Source: Anaerolineales bacterium (GTDB taxonomy: Bacteria > Chloroflexota > Anaerolineae > Anaerolineales > RBG-16-64-43). From it: a stretch of 64,000 bases of DNA. Where the stretch lies: positions 8,615-72,614 of the forward strand of contig JBEKXU010000007.1 in NCBI GenBank assembly GCA_049511715.1, written 5' to 3'. The position numbers and the translations under genes were made by a program. Of this stretch, positions 7,910-16,281 are shown piece by piece (position 1 is the stretch's first letter; every line of letters starts with the position of its first letter). Below the pieces are notes generated by a model. It was not told the origin of the DNA. It worked only from the letters and a program-made list of their open reading frames with translations, and made no database searches.

Positions 7910-10357
7910 ATGCCATCTTTTCTTTCAGCAAAACTTTCGTCGCCTATGTCTATTTCCCTCTCGGGTCCCCACTATCAATTCGACCTGCAACCGCAGGAGG
8001 GCGCCTGGAGCCTGCATCGCAGAACCGGCCTCGTCCCGCTCGTGGAAGGGGCGCGAATGGGAGCCGCTTGGACCGACCGGAAGGGCCGAGCCGCGTGGGT
8101 CGGATCCCTGCAAGGGAGCTCGGTTTCCTCCCGCTCAGGAGAGATTGGCGGGGTTGGGACGGTAAGTGAGTTGCTCCTGGAACGCGACTTGCGCAGGGAA
8201 GGCTTGTGGATTGGCGTGGAGTTTGCCCTGGCTCGTGAAAAACCAATCCTTCTCTGGCGCGTACGCTTTGAAAACCGAGGAGTGCACCCGGTTTGGCTTG
8301 ATCGGTTTGATCTGCTCACCGTGGGGCCCAAGGCCCTGCGGGACACTTCGCGCTCCTGGCTCATAAGCGTGTTGCGAGGACCCTTAGCCTCGGCGGCGCC
8401 TGGCGCCTTGCGCCTGTCAGATTCTCCGGACTCCCTCACTTGTTTTGTCAATGGCTGGCAGGGGTGGAGCTTTGCGGGCAGCCTGGGCGAACGCCAGCGC
8501 CTCCCGACTTTCAAGTTGGGCCCTCTCCAGTCACCGATGCACGACAACGGGGGCGCCCGGCTCCCCGCCCATCCCGGACACTTCGTCTCGGAGATGTTCA
8601 CCAGCCTGAATGACTTGAGCCAAGGCGCCAGCCTCGTCGCAGGGTTTCTTTCCCAAAAAGAAGCGTTCGGAAGTGCCGAGGTTTGGCTGGATCGGTTCGC
8701 GCCTTCCCTCTGGTTGCGGGAGAGCGGGGACGGAATGCGCCTGGATCCGACCCGCACTTTCTCCACGGATTGGGCCTGTCTGCTCCTCGCCGCCGAGGGA
8801 GAGGAACTCCTGGGAACCTATCTTGAGAGCGTCGGGGCGGCGAATCAAGCGCGTTTGCCGAAGGAAGAACCCGTTGGCTGGTGCAGTTGGTACCAGTTCT
8901 TCAAGCAGGTCAGCGAAGATGACCTGCTTGCCAACGTGGAGGCAGCGAAACAAAAGCGCTCCAGCCTTCCCATCGATGTCATTCAACTGGATGACGGATA
9001 CGAGGCCGAGCTGGGAGATTGGGACAGGCGCAACGAAAGGTTCCCCCACGACTTTCGATGGCTGGCGGGAAAGATCCGGGAAGCCGGGTTCACGCCGGGC
9101 TTGTGGCTGGCCCCGTTCCTGGCGAAAGACTCTTCACAGCTGTCCAGGCAGCATCCGCAATGGCTTCTTCGCAGCAGGCTGATCGGCCGCGCTTCCGCCG
9201 GGTTTTCTCTCGATGGTTTCTTGGGCGCACTTGATCCCACGCGACCGGAGGTCCTGGACCATCTGCAGAAACTCATTCGCACGGCGGTCGCCGAGTGGGG
9301 GTTCGGCTACTTGAAGCTCGATTTCCTGTATGCGGGCGCGCTGCGCGGGAGGTATACCGACCCCACGGTGACGAGAGCTCAGGCCTTGCGTCGAGCCTTG
9401 GAAGCAATTCGCCAGTCCGCCGGAGAGGACACTTTTCTCGTCGGGTGCGGGTGTCCCCTGGGGTCCGGTATTGGGGTTTTCGACGCCATGCGGATTGGCG
9501 AGGATGTCGATCGAAACTGGTACCCCACATTCCGAGGACTCACCCGCTTTCTGCGCGAAGATCCGTCCTTTCCGGCGGCAAGAAATGCCATCCGCAACAC
9601 ACTCACCCGCAGCGTGCTCAGCCACCGGTGGTGGCTTAATGATCCGGACTGCCTGATTGTCCGCGAGACCGATAACAATCTCTCCACGGCCGAAAGGCAG
9701 TCCCTGGCGACCGCGCTGGCCGTATCCGGCGGGATGATCGTGTTCTCGGATGACCTGCGGAACCTTTCCGGGCCCTCCGAGCGAATAGCCCAGGCCCTGC
9801 TCCCGGCTCAGGGCCCGGCGGGTCGCGTCCTGGACTGGGCGGACCGCGACTATCCCTCCTTAGTCTTGGTGACCCACCGGGGCGCGCTGGGGCAATGGAC
9901 GACTCTGGCGGTCTTCAACTGGAGTGACCGGGAAGACGACATTGAGGTTCCGCTGGAGCGCGTCGGTTGGTCTGAGGGAATGGTCGTCCACAGCTTCTGG
10001 GACGATGAGCTCTACGAGGTTCGGGGGAGGGGGATTGTGCTTCAAGGGATCGAACCCCACGGATGCCGACTCCTGGCCGCTTTTCCAAGAATGCGGACGG
10101 CCTCCTGGGTCGGGAGCACACTACATGTCTCTCAAGGGCGGGAGGTCGCGAGCTGGGCTGCCGGGGTGGAGGGGGCGGTTTGCCAACTCCGGGTTGGGCG
10201 GAAGGCCGAGGGGGAGATACTTCTGGCATTTCCGACCCGGCCTACCGGGGCCCAGATCAACGGACAGGCAGTCTCAGGAAGGGACCGCGGCTCGGGGATC
10301 TGGGAGTTCGCTGTCTCCCTTGACCAGCAGGCGGAACTGCGGATCTGGTATGAATAG
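7910..10357 (+). CDS. glycoside hydrolase family 36 (alpha-galactosidase-like)
   Basis: Motifs CSWYQFF, IDVIQLDDGY, GFTPGLWLAPF, YLKLDFLY, GCGCPLG, RIGEDV and WLNDPDC are typical of GH36/melibiase enzymes. The start is uncertain (ATG 7910 or ATG 7946). Confidence 0.75.
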   Translation: MPSFLSAKLSSPMSISLSGPHYQFDLQPQEGAWSLHRRTGLVPLVEGARMGAAWTDRKGRAAWVGSLQGSSVSSRSGEIGGVGTVSELLLERDLRREGLWIGVEFALAREKPILLWRVRFENRGVHPVWLDRFDLLTVGPKALRDTSRSWLISVLRGPLASAAPGALRLSDSPDSLTCFVNGWQGWSFAGSLGERQRLPTFKLGPLQSPMHDNGGARLPAHPGHFVSEMFTSLNDLSQGASLVAGFLSQKEAFGSAEVWLDRFAPSLWLRESGDGMRLDPTRTFSTDWACLLLAAEGEELLGTYLESVGAANQARLPKEEPVGWCSWYQFFKQVSEDDLLANVEAAKQKRSSLPIDVIQLDDGYEAELGDWDRRNERFPHDFRWLAGKIREAGFTPGLWLAPFLAKDSSQLSRQHPQWLLRSRLIGRASAGFSLDGFLGALDPTRPEVLDHLQKLIRTAVAEWGFGYLKLDFLYAGALRGRYTDPTVTRAQALRRALEAIRQSAGEDTFLVGCGCPLGSGIGVFDAMRIGEDVDRNWYPTFRGLTRFLREDPSFPAARNAIRNTLTRSVLSHRWWLNDPDCLIVRETDNNLSTAERQSLATALAVSGGMIVFSDDLRNLSGPSERIAQALLPAQGPAGRVLDWADRDYPSLVLVTHRGALGQWTTLAVFNWSDREDDIEVPLERVGWSEGMVVHSFWDDELYEVRGRGIVLQGIEPHGCRLLAAFPRMRTASWVGSTLHVSQGREVASWAAGVEGAVCQLRVGRKAEGEILLAFPTRPTGAQINGQAVSGRDRGSGIWEFAVSLDQQAELRIWYE

Positions 10358-10398
10358 AGGCAGGCTGGTTCCCGCTGCCAAGCGACAACACGCCGGAG

Positions 10399-12537
10399 GT
10401 GAAGACGTTGCCCTCTGACCCGATGCATTACTTCTTTCATCCCAACGCCATCGTCGCCGTCGGGATCTCACGCAGCCCGACCAAGCTTGGGTACGGCCTC
10501 GCTCGCAATCTGCTGAGAACATCGCCCGTGCCTGTTTTCCTGGTTCATCCGCAGGGGGGGAGCTGGAACGGGACGCGCGTGTACCGATCCCTCGAGGAGA
10601 TTGAGACGCCCGTCGACTTGGCGGTCATCCTAGTTTCCGCTCCGGGCGTTCCGGAAGTCCTGCGGGCATGCGGCGATCATGGGGTGAAGGCGGCGATTGT
10701 CCAGGCGGGAGGGTTTCGCGAATCCGGCCCCCGAGGGGCCGAGCTGGAGCGGGAGCTGATCGCTGCCGCAGAAGCGGCCAACATTCGGGTCATGGGACCA
10801 AACTGCATCGGGGTGATCGATACTCATCTTCCTCTGGACACGACCTTTCTGTTTTCCTACGAACATGTTCCCGGCGGCTTGGCTTTTGTCTCGCATTCGG
10901 GGGCTACTTGTGCGGGGATGCTTGACTGGGCCCACCATGAGGGCTGGGGAATCTCTCGGCTGGTCAGCCTAGGAAACGCTGCCGACCTGACCGAATGTGA
11001 TGCGTTGCTTTCCCTGATGAGTGACAAGAACACCCGCAGCATTGCCCTCTACCTGGAAGGGGTTCGCTCGGGGGACCGGTTCGTGCAGGTAGCTGCGCAA
11101 GTGACACGTGCCAAGCCTCTGGTCGCCATGAAAGTAGGGGCGACTCAGGCGGGGAGCCGCGCGGTGGCCTCTCACACGGGGGCGCTGGCAGGGAGTGACC
11201 GGGTCTACGAAGCCGCCCTCCGCCGTTGCGGTATTGTCCGCGCGCGAACTTTCGATGAGCTTATTGACTGGTCCCGTTGCCTGGCGGAAATGCCCTTGCC
11301 CAAGGGACCGAGACTGGCCATCCTTACGAATGCGGGCGGACCCGGAGTCATCGCCGCGGATTCCTCCGAGGGGAACCATCTTGAACTCACGCCATTGTCA
11401 AGTCGGACGCAGGATGAACTTCGCGCCCTACTGCCCCCCGCGGCCGGACTCGGCAATCCCATTGACACCCTGGCCTCCGGCGGTCCCGAGCAGCATGCCG
11501 CTTGCGCCCGGATCCTCCTGGATGACCCCGAGGTGAATGCTTTGGCGGTCGTCATCGTTCCTCCTCCGATGTTCTCGACCGAAGAGGTCGCTCGCGCGCT
11601 GGTCCCGGTGTTGCGGGTCGCGTCCAAGCCTTCCGCCGTGTGCGTGCTGGGTGGAACTCTGGCCGAACCAGCCCGGGCTGTCTTTCGCGAGGCCGAGATC
11701 CCCGACTACCCGACCCCGGAGCGCGCGGTCGGAGCGATCGGCGCGCTTTGGGCCCGCCGCAGGATGCTGGATGTCTTGGACCAGCCGCCCATTATCGTGA
11801 CGGCGCTTCGATCCGCGTTCCTCAAAGGACTGCTTGCGGAGGAGCCTGCAGGGCCTCTGTCGGCGGGCTCGGCTCTCCGGCTCATGGAGGGCTGTGGGGT
11901 ACCCACCCCGGAATGGGAACTAGTCGCCTCCGAGGAGCAAGCGCGAAAGGCCGCGGCGAGGATTGGTTACCCCGTGGCGGTCAAGGTGGCCAGCCCCGAT
12001 GTCATTCACAAATCTGAACAGAGAGGGGTACGGCTGGGGATCGACCGCGAAGAGGAAGTTTCCAAGATCTTTCGCGAGATGCAATCTCGCTTGGGTGGGG
12101 TGGACCGCCCCGTACCCCTCCTGGTCCAGCGCATGGTCGCCCCGGGGCAGGAGGTCATCGTCGGCGCGCTGCGGGATCCGCAGTTTGGCCCTCTCGTGAT
12201 GTTCGGACTGGGAGGAAAGGAGGTGGAGGGGATCGGCGACGTTGCTTTTGCTCTGGCTCCCCTCAGACCCTGCGATGTCGATTTCCTCCTGGACCACACC
12301 TGGGCCGGTCGAAGACTAAAGGGCTTCCGGGATCTTCCGGCTGGCGATCGGATGGCTGTGAGCCGCACTCTCGCGGTGCTGGGCGAACTACTGACGGCCT
12401 ATCCCGAACTGGAATCCGTTGAAATCAATCCTCTGATCGTCCTCGGAAAGGACATGGGAGCCTTTGCGGTCGACGTCCGCGCCAGCCTCCGCGCTGGCGC
12501 GCAAAGGGGCTCTCAGCAGGATCCCGAGAAAACCTAG
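10399..12537 (+). CDS. ADP-forming acetyl/acyl-CoA synthetase (fused alpha+beta: CoA-binding plus ATP-grasp)
   Basis: N-terminal CoA-binding/succinyl-CoA-synthetase-like region (IVAVGISRSP, GPNCIGV, SHSGA). C-terminal ATP-grasp region (YPVAVKVASPDVIHKSE, VEINPLIV). The start is either GTG 10399 or ATG 10423. Confidence 0.85.
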   Translation: MKTLPSDPMHYFFHPNAIVAVGISRSPTKLGYGLARNLLRTSPVPVFLVHPQGGSWNGTRVYRSLEEIETPVDLAVILVSAPGVPEVLRACGDHGVKAAIVQAGGFRESGPRGAELERELIAAAEAANIRVMGPNCIGVIDTHLPLDTTFLFSYEHVPGGLAFVSHSGATCAGMLDWAHHEGWGISRLVSLGNAADLTECDALLSLMSDKNTRSIALYLEGVRSGDRFVQVAAQVTRAKPLVAMKVGATQAGSRAVASHTGALAGSDRVYEAALRRCGIVRARTFDELIDWSRCLAEMPLPKGPRLAILTNAGGPGVIAADSSEGNHLELTPLSSRTQDELRALLPPAAGLGNPIDTLASGGPEQHAACARILLDDPEVNALAVVIVPPPMFSTEEVARALVPVLRVASKPSAVCVLGGTLAEPARAVFREAEIPDYPTPERAVGAIGALWARRRMLDVLDQPPIIVTALRSAFLKGLLAEEPAGPLSAGSALRLMEGCGVPTPEWELVASEEQARKAAARIGYPVAVKVASPDVIHKSEQRGVRLGIDREEEVSKIFREMQSRLGGVDRPVPLLVQRMVAPGQEVIVGALRDPQFGPLVMFGLGGKEVEGIGDVAFALAPLRPCDVDFLLDHTWAGRRLKGFRDLPAGDRMAVSRTLAVLGELLTAYPELESVEINPLIVLGKDMGAFAVDVRASLRAGAQRGSQQDPEKT

Positions 12538-13082
12538 CGCGGGGGAGTAACCAGACAGGGGGCCTTCTGCAAGAACGGGAAATCCCTCTCGCTGGATGTG
12601 GTCCTCGGCGAGCTTCCCTTGGAGGGGCCCGTCCCGAGAAGGACAAAGTGTGGCAGGGCCGACATGGTCTGGCTCAGGCGGATTTCCGGCCCGTCAAGGC
12701 TCGCTGCGTTTTCGTCGCGTGGGTCGGCGGTGATCTCTGCCTCGATCGCAATGGCCCTGAGAACCCTGCCGGTTCTGGGGAAGGGAGCAGACCGGCAACA
12801 CCATCGCGGTCTGGGGGGCACGAAACCATACCTGGCGCTTTGCCTTTGAGTGCAGGCGAGGCTGGGCCGCGTCATGGGGCGTCCGGCTCAGCGTGCTCAT
12901 TGCCGAGCCGTCTGTCCGCTGAGAACTCGGCTCCCGGCAATGGGGTTGAAAAACAGAGCGGCTCGTTCTTATCGCCTTGCTGGAGCGGCCGAGGGGGCCT
13001 CACCTCTTGGGATTGTCCTCTGGAGCGCATTCCGCCAGGACGCGGTGGGCTCGCTCGTCCGGCGCATCCCCTCGCAGGGCCT

Positions 13083-14105
13083 TCATTGTGCGACTACTCT
13101 GGACCGCAGGAAGCCCAACCTGGCTTCCACCAGGCCGGCGCTTCGTTGCAGAGCCTCCCAAGGGCTGCTGGCCTCGATGGCCAGCGAGGCGGAAACACTC
13201 CCGCGCAGGGCGGCCTCCACCGGGCTCAGATTCTCGCACCAGCCGGCCAGGAAACCGCCGGAGAAGGCATCCCCGACGCCGGTCGGGTTGCGAGGAGAGG
13301 AAACCGGGTAGGCGGGCAGTTGATAATGCTTTCCAGATTGCCGGTCGAAGAGCCAGCAACCCAACGGGCCGCGTTTGATCACGACGACTTGAGGGCCGGC
13401 CTCGGCGAATCGTTCAGCCATCTCTTGGAGGTCGCGTGTCATTTCTCTGAAAAGAACGCGCGCCTTCCTCTCAGCGACGATCAGAGCGGTCACTCCATGC
13501 AGAAGAACGGGGAGTTCCCGCAGAAGAGACGGCTCCATGTACCGCGCGGAGGGATCGAGGGTCAATGTCGGCAGACCAGCCTGCCGAAGGCTGACGGGGA
13601 GGGTGAGGTGAGTAATGAGGTGGCCGGGGGCCAGGTGCACGCCTTGAACTCCTCGATAGTCCGCGGGAAAATCTGCGGGACGCACAGCCGTAGGAGGGAA
13701 ACTCTCCCGGGACTGTTCGCCTTCTTCGGGTGAAGTGTAGTGGGCCAGATCCTTTGGCAAAGGGGCCCCCAGTCTCCCGAATTGACGAACCGGATCTCGC
13801 TCGGAGTGCTCATCCCATGAGCGGTACCAGCGGAAGGAGGCGCAAGGGTAGGAACCCGGCAATACGCGGACTCCGGCGGTATCGATTCCTCGTTGTCGCA
13901 TCTCCTCCAGGCGCATCTGGGGGTAGTTTTCGCCCACCCGTGCGACCAACCCGACAGGGCGGGGTGTCCAAACTCGGGCCCCGACGGCAGAAGTCAAGGC
14001 ACTGCCCCCCGGAAGCCTAAGGAAGATCTCGTCGTTAGGCGAGATCGTGTAGCTTTCGCTGAGCGTGCCAACCATAACCAGCTGAGGAATCTCGATTTCA
14101 GGCAT
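13083..14105 (-). CDS. PfkB-family carbohydrate kinase
   Basis: C-terminal PfkB signature NPTGVGDAFSGGFLAGW. Start set at ATG 14105 (MPEIEIPQLVMVG); the upstream extension to 14252 runs through the neighbouring promoter region. Confidence 0.75.
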   Translation of the reverse strand: MPEIEIPQLVMVGTLSESYTISPNDEIFLRLPGGSALTSAVGARVWTPRPVGLVARVGENYPQMRLEEMRQRGIDTAGVRVLPGSYPCASFRWYRSWDEHSERDPVRQFGRLGAPLPKDLAHYTSPEEGEQSRESFPPTAVRPADFPADYRGVQGVHLAPGHLITHLTLPVSLRQAGLPTLTLDPSARYMEPSLLRELPVLLHGVTALIVAERKARVLFREMTRDLQEMAERFAEAGPQVVVIKRGPLGCWLFDRQSGKHYQLPAYPVSSPRNPTGVGDAFSGGFLAGWCENLSPVEAALRGSVSASLAIEASSPWEALQRSAGLVEARLGFLRSRVVAQ

Positions 14106-14151
14106 TTTCTCTTCGCACCGGTCGAGCGATCGTTGTGGTTTCCTTGCTGCC

Positions 14152-14181
14152 TTGCACGCCTTTTGGCGAACAGTATATAAT
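14152..14181 (+). promoter_or_regulatory. sigma-70-type promoter candidate for the response-regulator gene
   Basis: TTGCAC (14152-14157), 18-nt spacer, TATAAT (14176-14181), in the pfkB/regulator divergent gap. Confidence 0.5.
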
Positions 14182-14251
14182 ACGCGGTGCGGTGGCTCCA
14201 TCCATGTCCTGGCCGAATGGAGCGCCGCTCTTTTCCCAGGTCCACAACCCA

Positions 14252-14932
14252 ATGCCGTTGGCGAAGATCCTTCTTATCGAGAGCGAGCGAACCACGATCC
14301 CGTCTCAGGGATCCGCTTTGTTGAAAAAGGGGTTTGCCTTGATGGTGGAGAATTCCCCCCACAAGGCAATCGAACGCGCGCGGGCGACCGCTCCCGATGT
14401 CGTTGTGTTGGATGCCGTCTCGCTCCGAACCAGCGGGGTGCGTCTCTCGCGCACCTTGCATTCGAAACTGAACGGGTGCCCGATCGTCTTGATCACTCGT
14501 GCCCAGCTCGACAGTTCGGCGGAGGCTGGCGCGAGCGTCGTCCTGGTTCCCCCATTTACTCCTCGCAAATTGATCAACGCGATCCGACGATTGATGCCAG
14601 GGGACGAGGATAGTTGTCTTCAAGTAGGGCCCATCAAACTCAACCTGGCCCAGGGCAAAGTGTCCTGTGGTGGGCGCGAGGATCACGTGACCCCCAAGCA
14701 GGCTCGCCTACTGGAGGTCCTGATGCGCCACCCGGGCCAACTGCTGACGAGAAAGTTTCTCCTTAAAGCGGTTTGGGAAACCGATTATACCGGAGACACG
14801 CGCACGCTCGATGTGCACGTGTCCTGGCTCCGGCAAGTGGTGGAAGCGGACCCCGAACATCCCCGCTATGTCAAGACGATCCGCGGGATGGGCTATCGTC
14901 TGGATGTCCCCGAGGTCGGCCGCAAGACCTGA
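14252..14932 (+). CDS. OmpR-family response regulator (atypical receiver plus winged-helix DNA-binding domain)
   Basis: Receiver domain (KILLIESE, DVVVLDAV, VLITR) followed by Trans_reg_C (LTPKQARLLEVLMRH, RTLDVHVSWLRQ, IRGMGYRL). The start lies downstream of the predicted promoter, at ATG 14252 or alternatively 14204. Confidence 0.8.
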   Translation: MPLAKILLIESERTTIPSQGSALLKKGFALMVENSPHKAIERARATAPDVVVLDAVSLRTSGVRLSRTLHSKLNGCPIVLITRAQLDSSAEAGASVVLVPPFTPRKLINAIRRLMPGDEDSCLQVGPIKLNLAQGKVSCGGREDHVTPKQARLLEVLMRHPGQLLTRKFLLKAVWETDYTGDTRTLDVHVSWLRQVVEADPEHPRYVKTIRGMGYRLDVPEVGRKT

Positions 14933-16251
14933 TCTCCCGGCCACGAAAAAGCGAACTCGGTGGCGGCCAGGTTGCCTGCCGCGCTGAAGGCCTGGACGCG
15001 TACCGTGTATTCTCCGGCGGAGGCATACGCATGCTCCAGGGCAGTGGGGGCGGTTGCCCCGCGCCAGGGCCGAGGCCCCTGCGCCAAGCTGCGGAAAACC
15101 GGCGGCCGATAGTCGAAGTCTGCCTCCCAGTAGTCTAGAGAGGTCGGAAAGCCCTGCGGTTCGCAGGGCCGGAAGTCCTGAAGACCAACGCGGATCCCTT
15201 CGGGAGTGCTCTCGGTCGCGAGACTCAGGATTCCGTCGAGCCTTTCAGCCCTGGCTCCCTGGTCTGTGCCTGCTCTCGTGGCTTCTTCCAGGAGGAACGG
15301 TTCAGCCTGCGCAAGCGTCATGCGACGCAGGCCAATCCGGATGGCCTGAGGGAGAAGGTCGACCCCGACCCATTTGCGGCCGAGACTTTCGGCCACCCTG
15401 AGGGTCGTTCCCGATCCGCAGAAGAAGTCGGCCACCCAGTCTCCCGGATCACTGGAGGCAAGGAGAACGCGCTCCAGCAAGGCCTGGGGCTTCTGCGTGG
15501 GGTAGCCGGTACGCTCAGCGTGCAGGCGGGCGACCACGGGAAAATACCACCAGTCCTCGGGGACTTTTCCTCGGTCCAGGTCTGGCGTTTTTCCAAACCC
15601 GGCGCGTTTCGATGAGGCGAAAGTCCTTCGGGTGGACGGATTGTAGGGGATCCGAACTCGATCCGCTCGAAACAGATGCTGATCACCCTTCCGGTACGCC
15701 AGCAGCGTGTCGTGTTTCCGGTTGAAATAGGACCGGACCGGCGAGGGCCCGTGATAAACCCAAATGATCTCATTGAGAAAGTGGTCCCGGCCAAAGATCT
15801 CGTCGAGCAGCAGCCGGGCGTAATGAACCAACCGCCAATCTAGGTGCAGGTAAAGGGTTCCATCCTCGGCCAGCAGGTCGCGGATCAGAACCAGCCGGGG
15901 ATACAGCCAGGAAAGATACTCCTCCAGTCCGGACCAAACATCCTGATACCCGTCGCCAAGTTGCCATGCTTCCGGTTTCCTGGAATCCTCACCCTGCCCG
16001 ATGCGACGCGGAAATTCCTTTCCCGTTCCGAAGGGCGGATCCGCGTAGATCAGACGGAAGCGGTTCCGCCATTGGGGAAGCAGGGCCGTCATGACCAGGA
16101 GGTTGTCGCCCAGGATGAGCCGGTTGGGTTCGGTGCGGAGCGGCAAGGGTCCGCAGGGGTAGAGTTCGGCACGAGTCGTCAGCTGTCCCGCGGGGTATTC
16201 GATCTCCCCCTTACCGGGCCAATCCAGCAGAACGGAACGGCCTCGAGACAT
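14893..16251 (-). CDS. beta-class N6-adenine/N4-cytosine DNA methyltransferase with a C-terminal PKD-like domain
   Basis: Motif IV IYADPPF precedes motif I DFFCGSGTT, which is the N6_N4_Mtase order. The last ~110 aa resemble a PKD fold (YWEADFDY, LEHAYASAGEYTVRVQAFSAAGN). Confidence 0.85.
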   Translation of the reverse strand: MSRGRSVLLDWPGKGEIEYPAGQLTTRAELYPCGPLPLRTEPNRLILGDNLLVMTALLPQWRNRFRLIYADPPFGTGKEFPRRIGQGEDSRKPEAWQLGDGYQDVWSGLEEYLSWLYPRLVLIRDLLAEDGTLYLHLDWRLVHYARLLLDEIFGRDHFLNEIIWVYHGPSPVRSYFNRKHDTLLAYRKGDQHLFRADRVRIPYNPSTRRTFASSKRAGFGKTPDLDRGKVPEDWWYFPVVARLHAERTGYPTQKPQALLERVLLASSDPGDWVADFFCGSGTTLRVAESLGRKWVGVDLLPQAIRIGLRRMTLAQAEPFLLEEATRAGTDQGARAERLDGILSLATESTPEGIRVGLQDFRPCEPQGFPTSLDYWEADFDYRPPVFRSLAQGPRPWRGATAPTALEHAYASAGEYTVRVQAFSAAGNLAATEFAFSWPGDQVLRPTSGTSRR

Positions 16252-16281
16252 GCCGGGCCTGGAGAACCCTCCGGTGGCGGT

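Noticed and set aside
7903-7912. TATACT -10-like hexamer directly abutting the ATG at 7910 of the GH36 gene, considered as a leaderless arrangement.
   Set aside because: Only 1 nt separates the hexamer and the ATG, which is too short for a transcription start at the start codon. At most it argues for the alternative start at 7946.
12540-13010. Possible RNase P RNA in the convergent gap. ACCAGACAG near the 5' side and ACAGAGCGGCT...CTTATCG near the 3' side resemble the ends of E. coli M1 RNA.
   Set aside because: The universally conserved GAGGAAAGUCCGGGC (CR-I) and GGUAAGAGCGCACC-type elements are absent on either strand, and the putative P1 strands do not pair.
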